From Blastocatellia bacterium (GTDB lineage: Bacteria > Acidobacteriota > Blastocatellia > UBA7656): a stretch of DNA of 64,000 nucleotides. Below are positions 1 to 8,442 of this stretch, piece after piece. Under the pieces are notes generated by a model. That model saw only the letters and a program-made list of their open reading frames with translations, was not told where the DNA came from and did not search any database. The stretch is taken from the NCBI GenBank assembly GCA_963765495.1, contig CAVXWP010000015.1, positions 32,001 through 96,000 on the forward strand, read 5' to 3'. Position numbers and translations under genes: made by a program. The first letter of the stretch is position 1; each line of letters begins with the position of its first letter.

Positions 1-251
1 TCGACCGTTGTGAAGCGGTCCCCGGGTTCGGATACGCTCATTATGGCAAAGGCTACGGCGGTGTCTATAAGGCTTGCGGTTGCGCCGCCGTGCATCACTC
101 CCTGTAATTGCCTGAGTTCCTGTCTTACTTCCACGCTGAGACGCGCGCGGCCCGGCTCGATGGAATCAATCTCGATCCCGAGCAGTTGCGGAAAGTGATT
201 CTCTTCGAATTTCTCTCTTATGGCCTGTTCTCGCTCAGGTGTTATTTCCAT
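1..251 (-). CDS. PaaI-family (hotdog-fold) thioesterase, runs off the window start
   Basis: Not in the ORF track. Manual translation from ATG at 251: MEITPEREQAIREKFEENHFPQLLGIEIDSIEPGRARLSVEVRQELRQLQGVMHGGATASLIDTA..., with the PaaI HGG..A.L.D motif. Confidence 0.85.
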   Translation of the reverse strand, partial: MEITPEREQAIREKFEENHFPQLLGIEIDSIEPGRARLSVEVRQELRQLQGVMHGGATASLIDTAVAFAIMSVSEPGDRFTTV

Positions 252-254
252 CAA

Positions 255-716
255 TCAGTCTCCCTTTTTTGGGGACGTCCGGGTTCTCTTTTGTGGCGGC
301 GACCACTGATAGGTGCTCAGGTCACAATGGCCTCGTTCGTCAAACACTACGCCCTCGGCTTCGAGCAAGAGGCGCTGAAGGTCGGGTTGTTGGATAGTGA
401 TTCGCCCTGTCGAAATCCCTCCGCGCGAATTTATCACTCGATGCCAGGGGATGTTGCGTTCATCTTGCGGAGTCGCGTGCATGGCCCACCCTACGAGGCG
501 CGGGCTGTAGCGGTCTTCTAGCAATCGGGCAATCTGACCGTAAGTCATAACACGCCCGCGCGGTATTCGTAGCACCATCCGGTATATCTTCTCGAAGGCC
601 TGATCGTAACCGGGACGGGATTCAGCCTTTGCCGGTCTTGTCTTTCCGTCTTCGCTTTGCGGGCGGGTGCCCGGACCTCTTTCCCGCTTTTTTCCGCTTT
701 GACCGATTTTCCCCAT
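255..716 (-). CDS. Alkyltransferase-like (ATL/YbaZ, MGMT family) DNA-binding protein
   Basis: IPRGRVMTYGQIA...PRLVGWAM...IPWHRVIN; PWHRV (Trp in place of the catalytic Cys) is the ATL signature. Confidence 0.9.
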   Translation of the reverse strand: MGKIGQSGKKRERGPGTRPQSEDGKTRPAKAESRPGYDQAFEKIYRMVLRIPRGRVMTYGQIARLLEDRYSPRLVGWAMHATPQDERNIPWHRVINSRGGISTGRITIQQPDLQRLLLEAEGVVFDERGHCDLSTYQWSPPQKRTRTSPKKGD

Positions 717-1105
717 CTCTTTGAATAGTCACTTCCTTTCAGACCGATATTATCCGTGACCAAAGGGCGGGTCGCAACCAAAAGTCGATGTTGGCGCTTG
801 TACATCAGTTGCCGTTGTTTGACAGTTGCTAAAGATTGTCAGGCGGGAGGTGGCAAATTGCGGCGGCTGTTGAATATAGCCCCACGTCATAGAATTAGAA
901 ATTTTTTCTATGGGCGGTAGGCTCACTGCTTTGGGGAGGAGCCTAAGTCTTGAAGTAACACAATTTGTCAACCGCGACTTCCGAAAATTGTTAACCCGTG
1001 GCTTGAACTTATCCGGTCATGTTGAAAGTTATTCTTTAAGGGTTATGACCTAACCTGAAATCAAAAAAGCCGATCCGGGTTCTTATCTTTATGCGTGGCA
1101 GGCAG

Positions 1106-1121
1106 TGGCACGCCCATTGCA
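1106..1121 (+). promoter_or_regulatory. sigma54 (-24/-12) promoter
   Basis: TGGCACGCCCATTGCA matches TGGCACG-N4-TTGCW exactly; preceded by an AT-rich tract. Confidence 0.75.
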
Positions 1122-1132
1122 AAAGGGAACAG

Positions 1133-1430
1133 TGGTTCTAGCAGTTCGACAGTTTGATAAGGAAACCTCTTCTGCTCAGAGCAACTGCGGGATGCAGAAC
1201 TAAGTGCAGAGAATGGAAGGGAGGATGGGGGCCCTGCCTTCCATTCAATGCTAAAACCTGAGATCGACAGAAGCGAGCAGGCTCGATCGGTCTAATAATA
1301 ATGAAGCTTTTGCAACACTGAGAGAAGCGACAGACAGACGAAGTTCAAGGTGTAGGGGCACAAGGGGGCGTGGCCCTACATCCTGACTAAGCCGCCGATG
1401 ACTGAGGTTATCGGCGGCTATTATTTTTTG
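1133..1430 (+). ncRNA. Candidate structured small RNA (~290 nt)
   Basis: Lies between the sigma54 promoter and an intrinsic terminator; no ORF of 60 aa or more; several hairpins (e.g. 1211-1220/1237-1246, 1262-1267/1283-1288, 1351-1357/1374-1380). Confidence 0.55.
1390..1430 (+). terminator. Rho-independent terminator
   Basis: AGCCGCCGATGAC...GTTATCGGCGGCT stem followed by ATTATTTTTT. Confidence 0.8.
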
Positions 1431-1724
1431 GCTTTTATTTTTTTCTGCCGGTTAATCCTGCCAAAATTTTCTTCACGCATCACGCGTCATCGAATGAAAG
1501 GGTCGTTTCGGAATCCTTAAACTTATGTGTTATGATTTGTGCAGACAGCGAAGAGGGTGCCTGTCTCAGCCTGGAAAAAATTGACAGAGGTGAGCGCATG
1601 GGTTGTAGGAAAAAGCCCCACGGGGAAATTGTCAGGGAAGAAGCGCTCGGGCTGCGAAACCTCTCCATAGCTCTCAATCTATACATGGCTTTCAAGAACA
1701 TACACAAAATAACGAGGACAGATC

Positions 1725-3023
1725 ATGACACGCGGCAGAAAGTTCAAGTCGGCGCGGCGCAAGCCCGGAAGCGAGCGCTCCCTGTTCGAGCAAAAACTGA
1801 TCGGAGGATATTCGCGAACGCTTGACCGGATTGATCTGTTAAACCTCATACGCGGCGGAGAAGATACTTACCTCGAATTCAAGATTCGGCTGGTCAACAC
1901 CGATAAAGTGACAGGCGAAATCGTAGCTCTCGCCAATGCCGGGGGCGGCGCAATCATCTTCGGCGTGAACGATCAGCGCAGGCTCGAAGGTCTTGACGAC
2001 CCGGAACAGGTCGAAGAACAACTGATAGACATCTGCCGCAACCAGATAATACCTCCTCTTTTGCCTCGTATAGACAAGGTCGCTTTCGATAACGGCACCC
2101 GCATAGTGGTCTTACAGGTTGACGACCGCCGCGCGCCCCATACTACACCCGATCACCGTTACTTTCTCCGCATAGGCTCGCACAAGCGCGAAGCCGAGGG
2201 GCTGGAAATAGCCGCGCTTTTTGCCCGTTCCCGTGTAGTGGCCTTTGAGGATATGCCGCTTGTGAGGGCCGACATCGAAGACGTTGACGAGGCGCTTGTG
2301 TGGAGTTACATACGCGATCTCGAAGGCGAAACCTTCCGCGAGCCGGACGGCTTTCCCACGCCTGCGGCCATGCGAGATTTGAGACTGGCCTCCGATTACG
2401 GGATGAGCATTACGCCGACGCTTGCGGGCTTTCTTCTCTTTGCGCGCAGCAGCGCCATCGAGCAAATAATCCCTCAAAGCGTGGTTTCCCTTGTTCGCTA
2501 TTCCGGCTCGGACCCGCATTCTCCGGTAGTAGAAAACGCCGACGTTTACGGCAATTTGACGAGGTCATTCGATCTGGCGCTTTCCTTTATCAAGCGTTAC
2601 GCCGATCTGTGGGATGCGCGCCCGCCTCGTTCTCAAACCCATCTGGATGAAAGCAGGAAAGAGCCTGTGCGCGCCCGCGCCAATTATCCGCGTCAGGCTG
2701 TCATCGAGGCCCTGACAAATATGCTTGTGCACCGCGATTATTCTATGACCGGTCCCCCGGCCCGCGTGCTGATTTATGACGACCGCATCCATTTCATCAA
2801 CCCCAGCCACACAAACGGAGCAAGCCGCAAATCCGTAGAATACGGAGCGACCCTGCGGCTCAACCCGCGATTGCATCATGTATTCACGAGCCCGGAATAT
2901 GGCGTAGCGCCCGCGCCGCGCGGCATCCCTGCGCTTCGCAGATCGCATTACGCATTCACCCGGCGCGAGCCCCGAATCACCCTCACAGGCGATGAATTCA
3001 GCCTCGAACTCTACGGCATTTGA
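1725..3023 (+). CDS. Schlafen/AlbA_2 domain protein with a C-terminal HATPase_c_4-like domain
   Basis: GEDTYLEFK...IVALANAGGGAIIFGVND (AlbA_2); YP..AVIEALTNMLVHRDYS (HATPase_c_4-like). Confidence 0.8.
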   Translation: MTRGRKFKSARRKPGSERSLFEQKLIGGYSRTLDRIDLLNLIRGGEDTYLEFKIRLVNTDKVTGEIVALANAGGGAIIFGVNDQRRLEGLDDPEQVEEQLIDICRNQIIPPLLPRIDKVAFDNGTRIVVLQVDDRRAPHTTPDHRYFLRIGSHKREAEGLEIAALFARSRVVAFEDMPLVRADIEDVDEALVWSYIRDLEGETFREPDGFPTPAAMRDLRLASDYGMSITPTLAGFLLFARSSAIEQIIPQSVVSLVRYSGSDPHSPVVENADVYGNLTRSFDLALSFIKRYADLWDARPPRSQTHLDESRKEPVRARANYPRQAVIEALTNMLVHRDYSMTGPPARVLIYDDRIHFINPSHTNGASRKSVEYGATLRLNPRLHHVFTSPEYGVAPAPRGIPALRRSHYAFTRREPRITLTGDEFSLELYGI

Positions 3024-3086
3024 AGCCTTGGGGCGGAACCTTCCCGGTTTGATAGGCTTCAACGGCGGGTGCTAGAATCAAATGGA

Positions 3087-3181
3087 GTGACAAGTGATTG
3101 GTGATGCGTGACTTTCAGGCAAGTAACTTTTGCCGGTTGATTGCAAATCTTACGAATCACAGATCACGAATCGCGCATTAC
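3087..3181. repeat. Inverted heptamer-repeat element, family B (GTGATNC / GNATCAC)
   Basis: GTGACAA GTGATTG GTGATGC GTGACTT ... TTACGAATCACAGATCACGAATCGCGCATTAC. Confidence 0.6.
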
Positions 3182-3185
3182 TATT

Positions 3186-4550
3186 ATGACGACTCAGGCG
3201 GAAGTAACGGTGATTGGCGGAGGGCTGGCCGGGCCCGAAGCCGCGTGGCAGGCGGCTGAACGCGGCCTGAAGGTGCGGCTCTACGAAATGCGCCCCACAC
3301 GCCTTACACCCGCTCACAAGACCGAGAATCTCGGTGAAGTAGTCTGTTCCAACTCTCTAAAATCGGATGAGCCGGGCTCGGCTTCATACCTGCTCAAGGA
3401 GGAGTTGCGCCGGGGCGGCTCGCTTTTGATCCGAGTGGCGCACGAAACGGCTGTTCCGGCGGGTGCCGCACTGGCCGTTGATCGCGAGAGGTTTTCTGAG
3501 GCTGTGACCAAAAAGATACTGGCGCACCCAAACATAGAGGTGGTGCGCGAGGAAGTGACCTCGCTTCCCTCCGAAGGGCCTGTAATTATAGCGACAGGAC
3601 CGCTCACGTCGCCCGCGCTGTCACAGGAGATAGCGCGTCTCACGGGCTCGACGGCGCTCTATTTTTACGACGCGATTTCGCCCATCGTTGACGCTGAGAC
3701 TATAAATCACGACATAGTATTCAGGGCGGCCCGTTACGATAAAGGCGGGCCCGATTACCTGAACTGCCCGATGACGGAAGAAGAGTATGCGCGCTTTTAC
3801 GATGCGCTCCTGGCGGCCGAATCCGTCCCCCTGCACGAGTTCGAGCAGACCATGTATTTCGAGGCATGTCTGCCCATCGAGGAGCTTGCCCGAAGAGGGC
3901 GTGACACGTTGCGCTTCGGCCCTATGAAGCCCGTTGGTTTGCGCGATCCTCGTACAGGCCAAATCCCTTATGCGGCAGTGCAGCTTCGGCAGGAAAACTT
4001 GCTCGCAGACAGCTACAACCTCGTTGGCTTTCAAAATCATCTGAAGTTCGGCGAACAGAAACGCGTGCTGAGGCTGATACCGGGTCTTGAAGAGGCCGAG
4101 TTTGCCAGATTCGGTCAAATCCATCGCAACACTTTTATTTGCGCGCCCCTGCTGCTTGCCGAGACTCTGCAAATGCGCGAGTCGCCGCGCATTCTTTTTG
4201 CGGGGCAGATTTCAGGTGTCGAAGGGTACATAGAAGCGATGGCCACAGGATTTCTTGCGGGCGTGAATGCGGCAGAACTTGCGCGAGGGCGCAAACCTGC
4301 GCCTGCGCCCCGCCGCACCGCGATGGGAGGGCTTACAAACTACATCGCAAACGCAGAGGCAAAGAATTTTCAACCGATGAATATAACATTTGCGCTTCTG
4401 CCGCCGCTTGAGCCGGAAGATCGCCGCCGCCTCAAGCGGAAATCGGACCGGCGCAAGTATCAGGTAGAGCTTGGGCTGAAAGATTTTGACCTGTGGCGCG
4501 CAAGCTATCTTTCGAATAATGATGTGCATGAAGTTCAAAAGCAGGTTTGA
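3186..4550 (+). CDS. trmFO: Methylenetetrahydrofolate--tRNA-(uracil-54-C5)-methyltransferase TrmFO
   Basis: VIGGGLAGPEAAWQ, EVVCSNSL, FYDAISPI, YFEACLPIE, FGPMKPVGL, FAGQISGVEGY motifs; ATG 3186 preferred because the upstream extension is repeat-derived. Confidence 0.95.
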   Translation: MTTQAEVTVIGGGLAGPEAAWQAAERGLKVRLYEMRPTRLTPAHKTENLGEVVCSNSLKSDEPGSASYLLKEELRRGGSLLIRVAHETAVPAGAALAVDRERFSEAVTKKILAHPNIEVVREEVTSLPSEGPVIIATGPLTSPALSQEIARLTGSTALYFYDAISPIVDAETINHDIVFRAARYDKGGPDYLNCPMTEEEYARFYDALLAAESVPLHEFEQTMYFEACLPIEELARRGRDTLRFGPMKPVGLRDPRTGQIPYAAVQLRQENLLADSYNLVGFQNHLKFGEQKRVLRLIPGLEEAEFARFGQIHRNTFICAPLLLAETLQMRESPRILFAGQISGVEGYIEAMATGFLAGVNAAELARGRKPAPAPRRTAMGGLTNYIANAEAKNFQPMNITFALLPPLEPEDRRRLKRKSDRRKYQVELGLKDFDLWRASYLSNNDVHEVQKQV

Positions 4551-4551
4551 A

Positions 4552-5682
4552 ATGAAAAGGCAAAAGGAAAACGGTAAAGGAAGAGATTCAAATAACAAAA
4601 TCCGAGGCAGGATCGAATTCGTGCTAAAGCTCTGTCTATTGCCTTTGGCTTTCAGCCTCTTGCCTTTTTTCGTATCGGCGCAATCGGGCAGGCAACCTGC
4701 TCCGCCTCAACCCGCGCGCCCGCCCTCGCTGTCTCAGCCTCAAGAGACGCGGCCTCGCCGGGCGACTGAAAAGCCGCCGCAACAGCAGCCACCATCCGAA
4801 GATCAGAAGCAGGGCGAAGATCAGGACGAGAAGGCCATCAAGTTGAGCGCCGATCTTGTTACCGTCATTACGTCGGTTACCGATAGTCAGGGCAATCAGA
4901 TCAACGACCTGTCGGAGAAGGATTTTCAGCTATTCGAAGACAACGAGCAGCAGGATATAGCCGGTTTTTATCGACAGGATGAATTGCCCTTGCGTCTCGT
5001 CTTTTTATTCGATACGTCAAGCTCGATACGTCATCGCTTCGATTTCGAGCAGCGCGCAGCCGCGCAATTCTTCCGCAATGTGATGCGCCCCACCGATCAG
5101 GCGGCGATTGTAAGCGTCGGGACCGATCCGAAAATCGAAGTCCAGTTCACTCCGAATCTTGAGGTGCTCGTGAGCATTCTGGCCGGGCTCAAACCCGAAG
5201 GCGCGACCTCGCTCTATAGCTCATTGATAGAGGCGGCCAAATATATTCGCCCCGCCGAAGGCCGCCACGTCATGGTAGTGCTGTCTGACGGCACGGATAC
5301 CGCATCACCTTCGACGCTGGCGCAGGCTCTCACGGAGGTGCAAAAATCAGACGCCGTTATCTACGGCGTGCATTCGACGGGAGTTGCGCCTTCGGCCAAT
5401 GTTCAGGACCTGGCTGGCGAATTCGTGCTAAAAGCGATGAGCGAAGACACGGGCGGACGTGCTTTCTTCCCACCCATTTACGAGGATCAGAAGAAGGAAG
5501 TGCGCGACCTCGAAGACATATACAGGCGAATCGCCAATGAAGTGCGCGCTCAATATGTGCTGACCTATTATTCGAAAAGCGAGGCGCGTCCGGGCACATT
5601 CAAGACTATACGAGTGACGAGCACGCGGCCCGGCCTCCAGGTGCGCGCCCGCCGCGGGTACTACACGGCGAAATCCGAATAA
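4552..5682 (+). CDS. Secreted VWA-domain protein (acidobacterial VWFA-related type)
   Basis: Signal peptide, Pro/Gln-rich linker, DTSSS MIDAS, LSDG, TGGRAF and C-terminal VRARRGYY. Confidence 0.85.
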   Translation: MKRQKENGKGRDSNNKIRGRIEFVLKLCLLPLAFSLLPFFVSAQSGRQPAPPQPARPPSLSQPQETRPRRATEKPPQQQPPSEDQKQGEDQDEKAIKLSADLVTVITSVTDSQGNQINDLSEKDFQLFEDNEQQDIAGFYRQDELPLRLVFLFDTSSSIRHRFDFEQRAAAQFFRNVMRPTDQAAIVSVGTDPKIEVQFTPNLEVLVSILAGLKPEGATSLYSSLIEAAKYIRPAEGRHVMVVLSDGTDTASPSTLAQALTEVQKSDAVIYGVHSTGVAPSANVQDLAGEFVLKAMSEDTGGRAFFPPIYEDQKKEVRDLEDIYRRIANEVRAQYVLTYYSKSEARPGTFKTIRVTSTRPGLQVRARRGYYTAKSE

Positions 5683-5746
5683 CCCGTTTCCGAGCAGTTC
5701 GACTCAAAGACCCGGGTGTATTATCTTGCAGAAAGAGGTATCGCAA

Positions 5747-6070
5747 ATGAACAGCGATGAACTTACCAGCAAACTACCCGATGACCGGATGACCACACAT
5801 CCGACAATCGAAACCGTGCTTGAGCGCATCAATGCTCTGGCCGGTCGAATAGGCGAATTTCAGACAAAGTTCGAAACCGAAATTGCAGCACTGCGAACCG
5901 AAGTTATTGGGATGCGAACCGAGTTTTCTACACTCCAAACGAGCATGGGGAAAGGGTTTCGGAGGCTTGAGCGATTTGATGGTGTGCTTGGTGATCAGAT
6001 GAGGAAGATGGAAGTCGATCACCGTGATCTTGCAGACCGCGTTGACCTGATAGAATCGAAACTTTCGTGA
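5747..6070 (+). CDS. Small coiled-coil hypothetical protein
   Basis: RBS GAAAGAGG before ATG 5747; heptad-like helical sequence. Confidence 0.6.
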   Translation: MNSDELTSKLPDDRMTTHPTIETVLERINALAGRIGEFQTKFETEIAALRTEVIGMRTEFSTLQTSMGKGFRRLERFDGVLGDQMRKMEVDHRDLADRVDLIESKLS

Positions 6071-6173
6071 TGGGTGATGCGAACTCTGATTCGTGATTCG
6101 TGATTTACAAGGCTTGCAATATGTCCGTATCAGCCCATCTCCCTATAAAATCACGAATCACAAATCAGAATTC
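6067..6173. repeat. Inverted heptamer-repeat element, family B
   Basis: GTGATGG GTGATGC...GATTCGTGATTCGTGATTT ... AAATCACGAATCACAAATCAGAATTC; begins at the stop codon of the 5747 ORF. Confidence 0.65.
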
Positions 6174-6196
6174 ATTGACCATAGAGTGAGGACGAC

Positions 6197-7519
6197 ATGA
6201 CAACGTTTATAGGACTTGCCCGGTTTTTCACAGCAGTTATTCTCGGTGCGGCTGTGCTTATCTCGTCTTCCGGTGTGGCGGGTGGCCAGGGGAAGAAATC
6301 TCAGGATGATGCCGCGCTCCGCGCTCGCGCTGAAAAGCTTCACCGCGAAGCCATAGTCATAGATACTCACAACGACATCACTTCGCCTATGGTTGACGAT
6401 GGGTTTGATCTGGGGATGGCCGGAGATGATCCAAACGCCAGGGTCAAGACACATACCGATCTGCGACGCATGAAGGCGGGCGGGCTGGACGCGGAATTCT
6501 TCGCCGTCTATGTCGGGCGCGAATATGTAAACAAGAAACCTTCCGAGGGTGGAGGCTCGGCCCGTCGCGCGCTCGATGTGATTGATTCGGTTTACGAGCA
6601 GGTGCGCCGCCATCCCGACTCGCTTGAGATGGCCTTCACCGCCGATGACATCCGGCGCATAGCGAAGAAGAGCAAGATCGCGGCTTTGATGGGCATCGAA
6701 GGCGGGCACGCTATCGAAGACAGCCTCGCCACGCTTCGCGTCTTTTACAGACTGGGCGTGCGCTACATGACGCTCACTCACACAAACACAAACGACTGGG
6801 CCGATTCATCGGGCGACATCGACGATCCCAAAGTGGAGCATCATAACGGGTTGACCGATTTCGGACGCGATGTGGTGCGCGAGATGAATCGCATAGGCAT
6901 GATGGCAGACATCTCGCACGTCGCGGATAAGACTTTTTACGATGTGATAGAAGTGAGCCGCGCGCCCGTCATCGCATCGCATTCTTCGGCGCGCGCGCTG
7001 GCCGATCACCCGCGTAACATGACCGACGACATGCTGCGGGCCATATCAAAAAACGGCGGCGTGGTGATGGTGAATTTCTATGATGGATTTCTTGATCCGC
7101 AAAAGGTCGAATTTGGCAAGAAGGCTAACGCCCATCAGGAGGAGTTGACGAAACAGTTTCCCGACGACAAACAGCGCGTGGATGATGAAATGAAGAAATG
7201 GCTTGAGGCCAACGCCCCGCCAAGGACTCCGCTCTCTTTGCTGATAGATCACATCGATCACATAGCCAAAGTCGCCGGGATTGATCACGTAGGATTGGGA
7301 TCGGATTTTGACGGTGTACCCTTTACCGGCCTTCCCGAAGGCATGGAAGACATATCAAAACTTCCCAATATCACAATCGAGCTTATGAAGCGCGGCTACT
7401 CCGACGCAGATATCAAGAAGGTACTGGGCGAAAATTTCCTTCGCGTCATGTCGCAGGTCGAGCGCGTAGCAGCCGAAATGCAATCAAGCAAGTCTGCGCC
7501 CGCAGCAAAAAAGATTTGA
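6197..7519 (+). CDS. Membrane dipeptidase, peptidase family M19, exported
   Basis: IDTHND, GIEGG, RYMTLTH, DISHV, ASHS, GSDFDG motifs; N-terminal signal peptide. Confidence 0.92.
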   Translation: MTTFIGLARFFTAVILGAAVLISSSGVAGGQGKKSQDDAALRARAEKLHREAIVIDTHNDITSPMVDDGFDLGMAGDDPNARVKTHTDLRRMKAGGLDAEFFAVYVGREYVNKKPSEGGGSARRALDVIDSVYEQVRRHPDSLEMAFTADDIRRIAKKSKIAALMGIEGGHAIEDSLATLRVFYRLGVRYMTLTHTNTNDWADSSGDIDDPKVEHHNGLTDFGRDVVREMNRIGMMADISHVADKTFYDVIEVSRAPVIASHSSARALADHPRNMTDDMLRAISKNGGVVMVNFYDGFLDPQKVEFGKKANAHQEELTKQFPDDKQRVDDEMKKWLEANAPPRTPLSLLIDHIDHIAKVAGIDHVGLGSDFDGVPFTGLPEGMEDISKLPNITIELMKRGYSDADIKKVLGENFLRVMSQVERVAAEMQSSKSAPAAKKI

Positions 7520-7548
7520 GATTTGAGAACTCTCAAGTCTCAAATCTC
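7514..7548. repeat. Short inverted ATTTGAG heptamer element between convergent genes
   Basis: ATTTGAG ATTTGAG AACT CTCAAGT CTCAAAT CTC; overlaps both stop codons; related units near 13468 and 24672. Confidence 0.55.
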
Positions 7549-8289
7549 GGATGATTCGGCTTTCAAGGTGGCTTCGGTTCTTGATTCCCCCGTTTCGCAG
7601 GATGCGATGTGTCTCTTGAACCATTCAGCCGCGAGCCGAGCGACCTCTTCAAGCGCCCCCGGCTCTTCAAAAAGATGTGTTGCGCCCGGGATGAGGACCA
7701 TCTCTTTTTCGCACCGCAATTGTTCGTATGTTTCCTGATTTACCTTGATAACCGGTTCGTCGTCGCCGCCCGCAATCAGGAGCGTAGGAGCCTTCACATA
7801 AGGGAGGTAGGGCGCGGCCAGGTTCGTCCATCCGCCCCGGCAAACCACTGCGCACGGCCCGGGCTCGCCTGTAAACGGCACCGCGCCTTCGATCCCCGCC
7901 CGCGCAGCCGCCATCAAAGCGGGCCCCGCGCCTGTGCTCGATCCGAAATAACCTACGCGCAGATGCTTTGCCTCGCTCATCTCTTCAAGCCAGTCGGTGA
8001 CAAGTAAAATCCTCTGAGCCAGCAAATCAGTATTCGATACTTTTTCAGAGTCTTCGCGCTCATCGACCATGAGCAAATCCATCAACAGGGTGGCAAGCCC
8101 GGCTTCGCGCAGCAGCCGGGCTACCTGATTATTTCGGGGGCTGAGCCGCCCGCTCCCCCGGCCATGAGCGAATAAAACGATCCCCTGCGCGTTTTCAGGC
8201 AACCCGAGTATTCCCTGTAGCCTCGCCGCTCCCGCCGGTATCTCTACAAGTTTTTCGTTGTCGTGTATCTTAGTATTCAAATCCGACAT
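7540..8289 (-). CDS. Dienelactone-hydrolase-like alpha/beta hydrolase
   Basis: LFAHGRGSGRLSPRN, GYFGSSTGAG, PTLLIAGG.D, IPGATHLFEEPGAL; start set at MSDLNTK. Confidence 0.85.
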   Translation of the reverse strand: MSDLNTKIHDNEKLVEIPAGAARLQGILGLPENAQGIVLFAHGRGSGRLSPRNNQVARLLREAGLATLLMDLLMVDEREDSEKVSNTDLLAQRILLVTDWLEEMSEAKHLRVGYFGSSTGAGPALMAAARAGIEGAVPFTGEPGPCAVVCRGGWTNLAAPYLPYVKAPTLLIAGGDDEPVIKVNQETYEQLRCEKEMVLIPGATHLFEEPGALEEVARLAAEWFKRHIASCETGESRTEATLKAESSEI

Positions 8290-8311
8290 ATCAATAACCC
8301 CGACATTTATT

Positions 8312-8442
8312 AAGGGATGAGGGATGAGGGATGAGGGATGAACCGGACTGTGGCGTGAGATCTCGGTAAAAAGCGGCTCGCTAGTTATCAAGATAAACCC
8401 CGACAGTTCAGTTCATCCCTCATCCCTCATCCCTCATCCCTT
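8312..8442. repeat. Inverted heptamer-repeat element, family A: (GGGATGA)4 - ~70 nt core - (TCATCCC)4
   Basis: Read directly from the sequence; contains the hemF stop codon. Confidence 0.85.

Noticed and set aside
255-716. Call as active O6-methylguanine methyltransferase (ogt/ada)
   Set aside because: The active-site Cys is replaced by Trp (PWHRV), the known ATL subfamily; not a pseudogene and not novel
1225-1254. 9-codon ORF (MGALPSIQC) after a purine-rich stretch in the candidate sRNA
   Set aside because: RBS and ATG are enclosed in a 10-bp hairpin; no support without ribosome profiling
1725-3023. Call as RecG helicase
   Set aside because: No SF2 helicase motifs; only the HATPase_c_4-like domain that often attracts that label
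3141-3185. Extended N-termini in the ORF track (trmFO from 3141, hydrolase from 8391, DinB from 49490, Wzc from 24725)
   Set aside because: The extensions translate repeat or intergenic DNA; downstream ATGs fit family starts or RBS better
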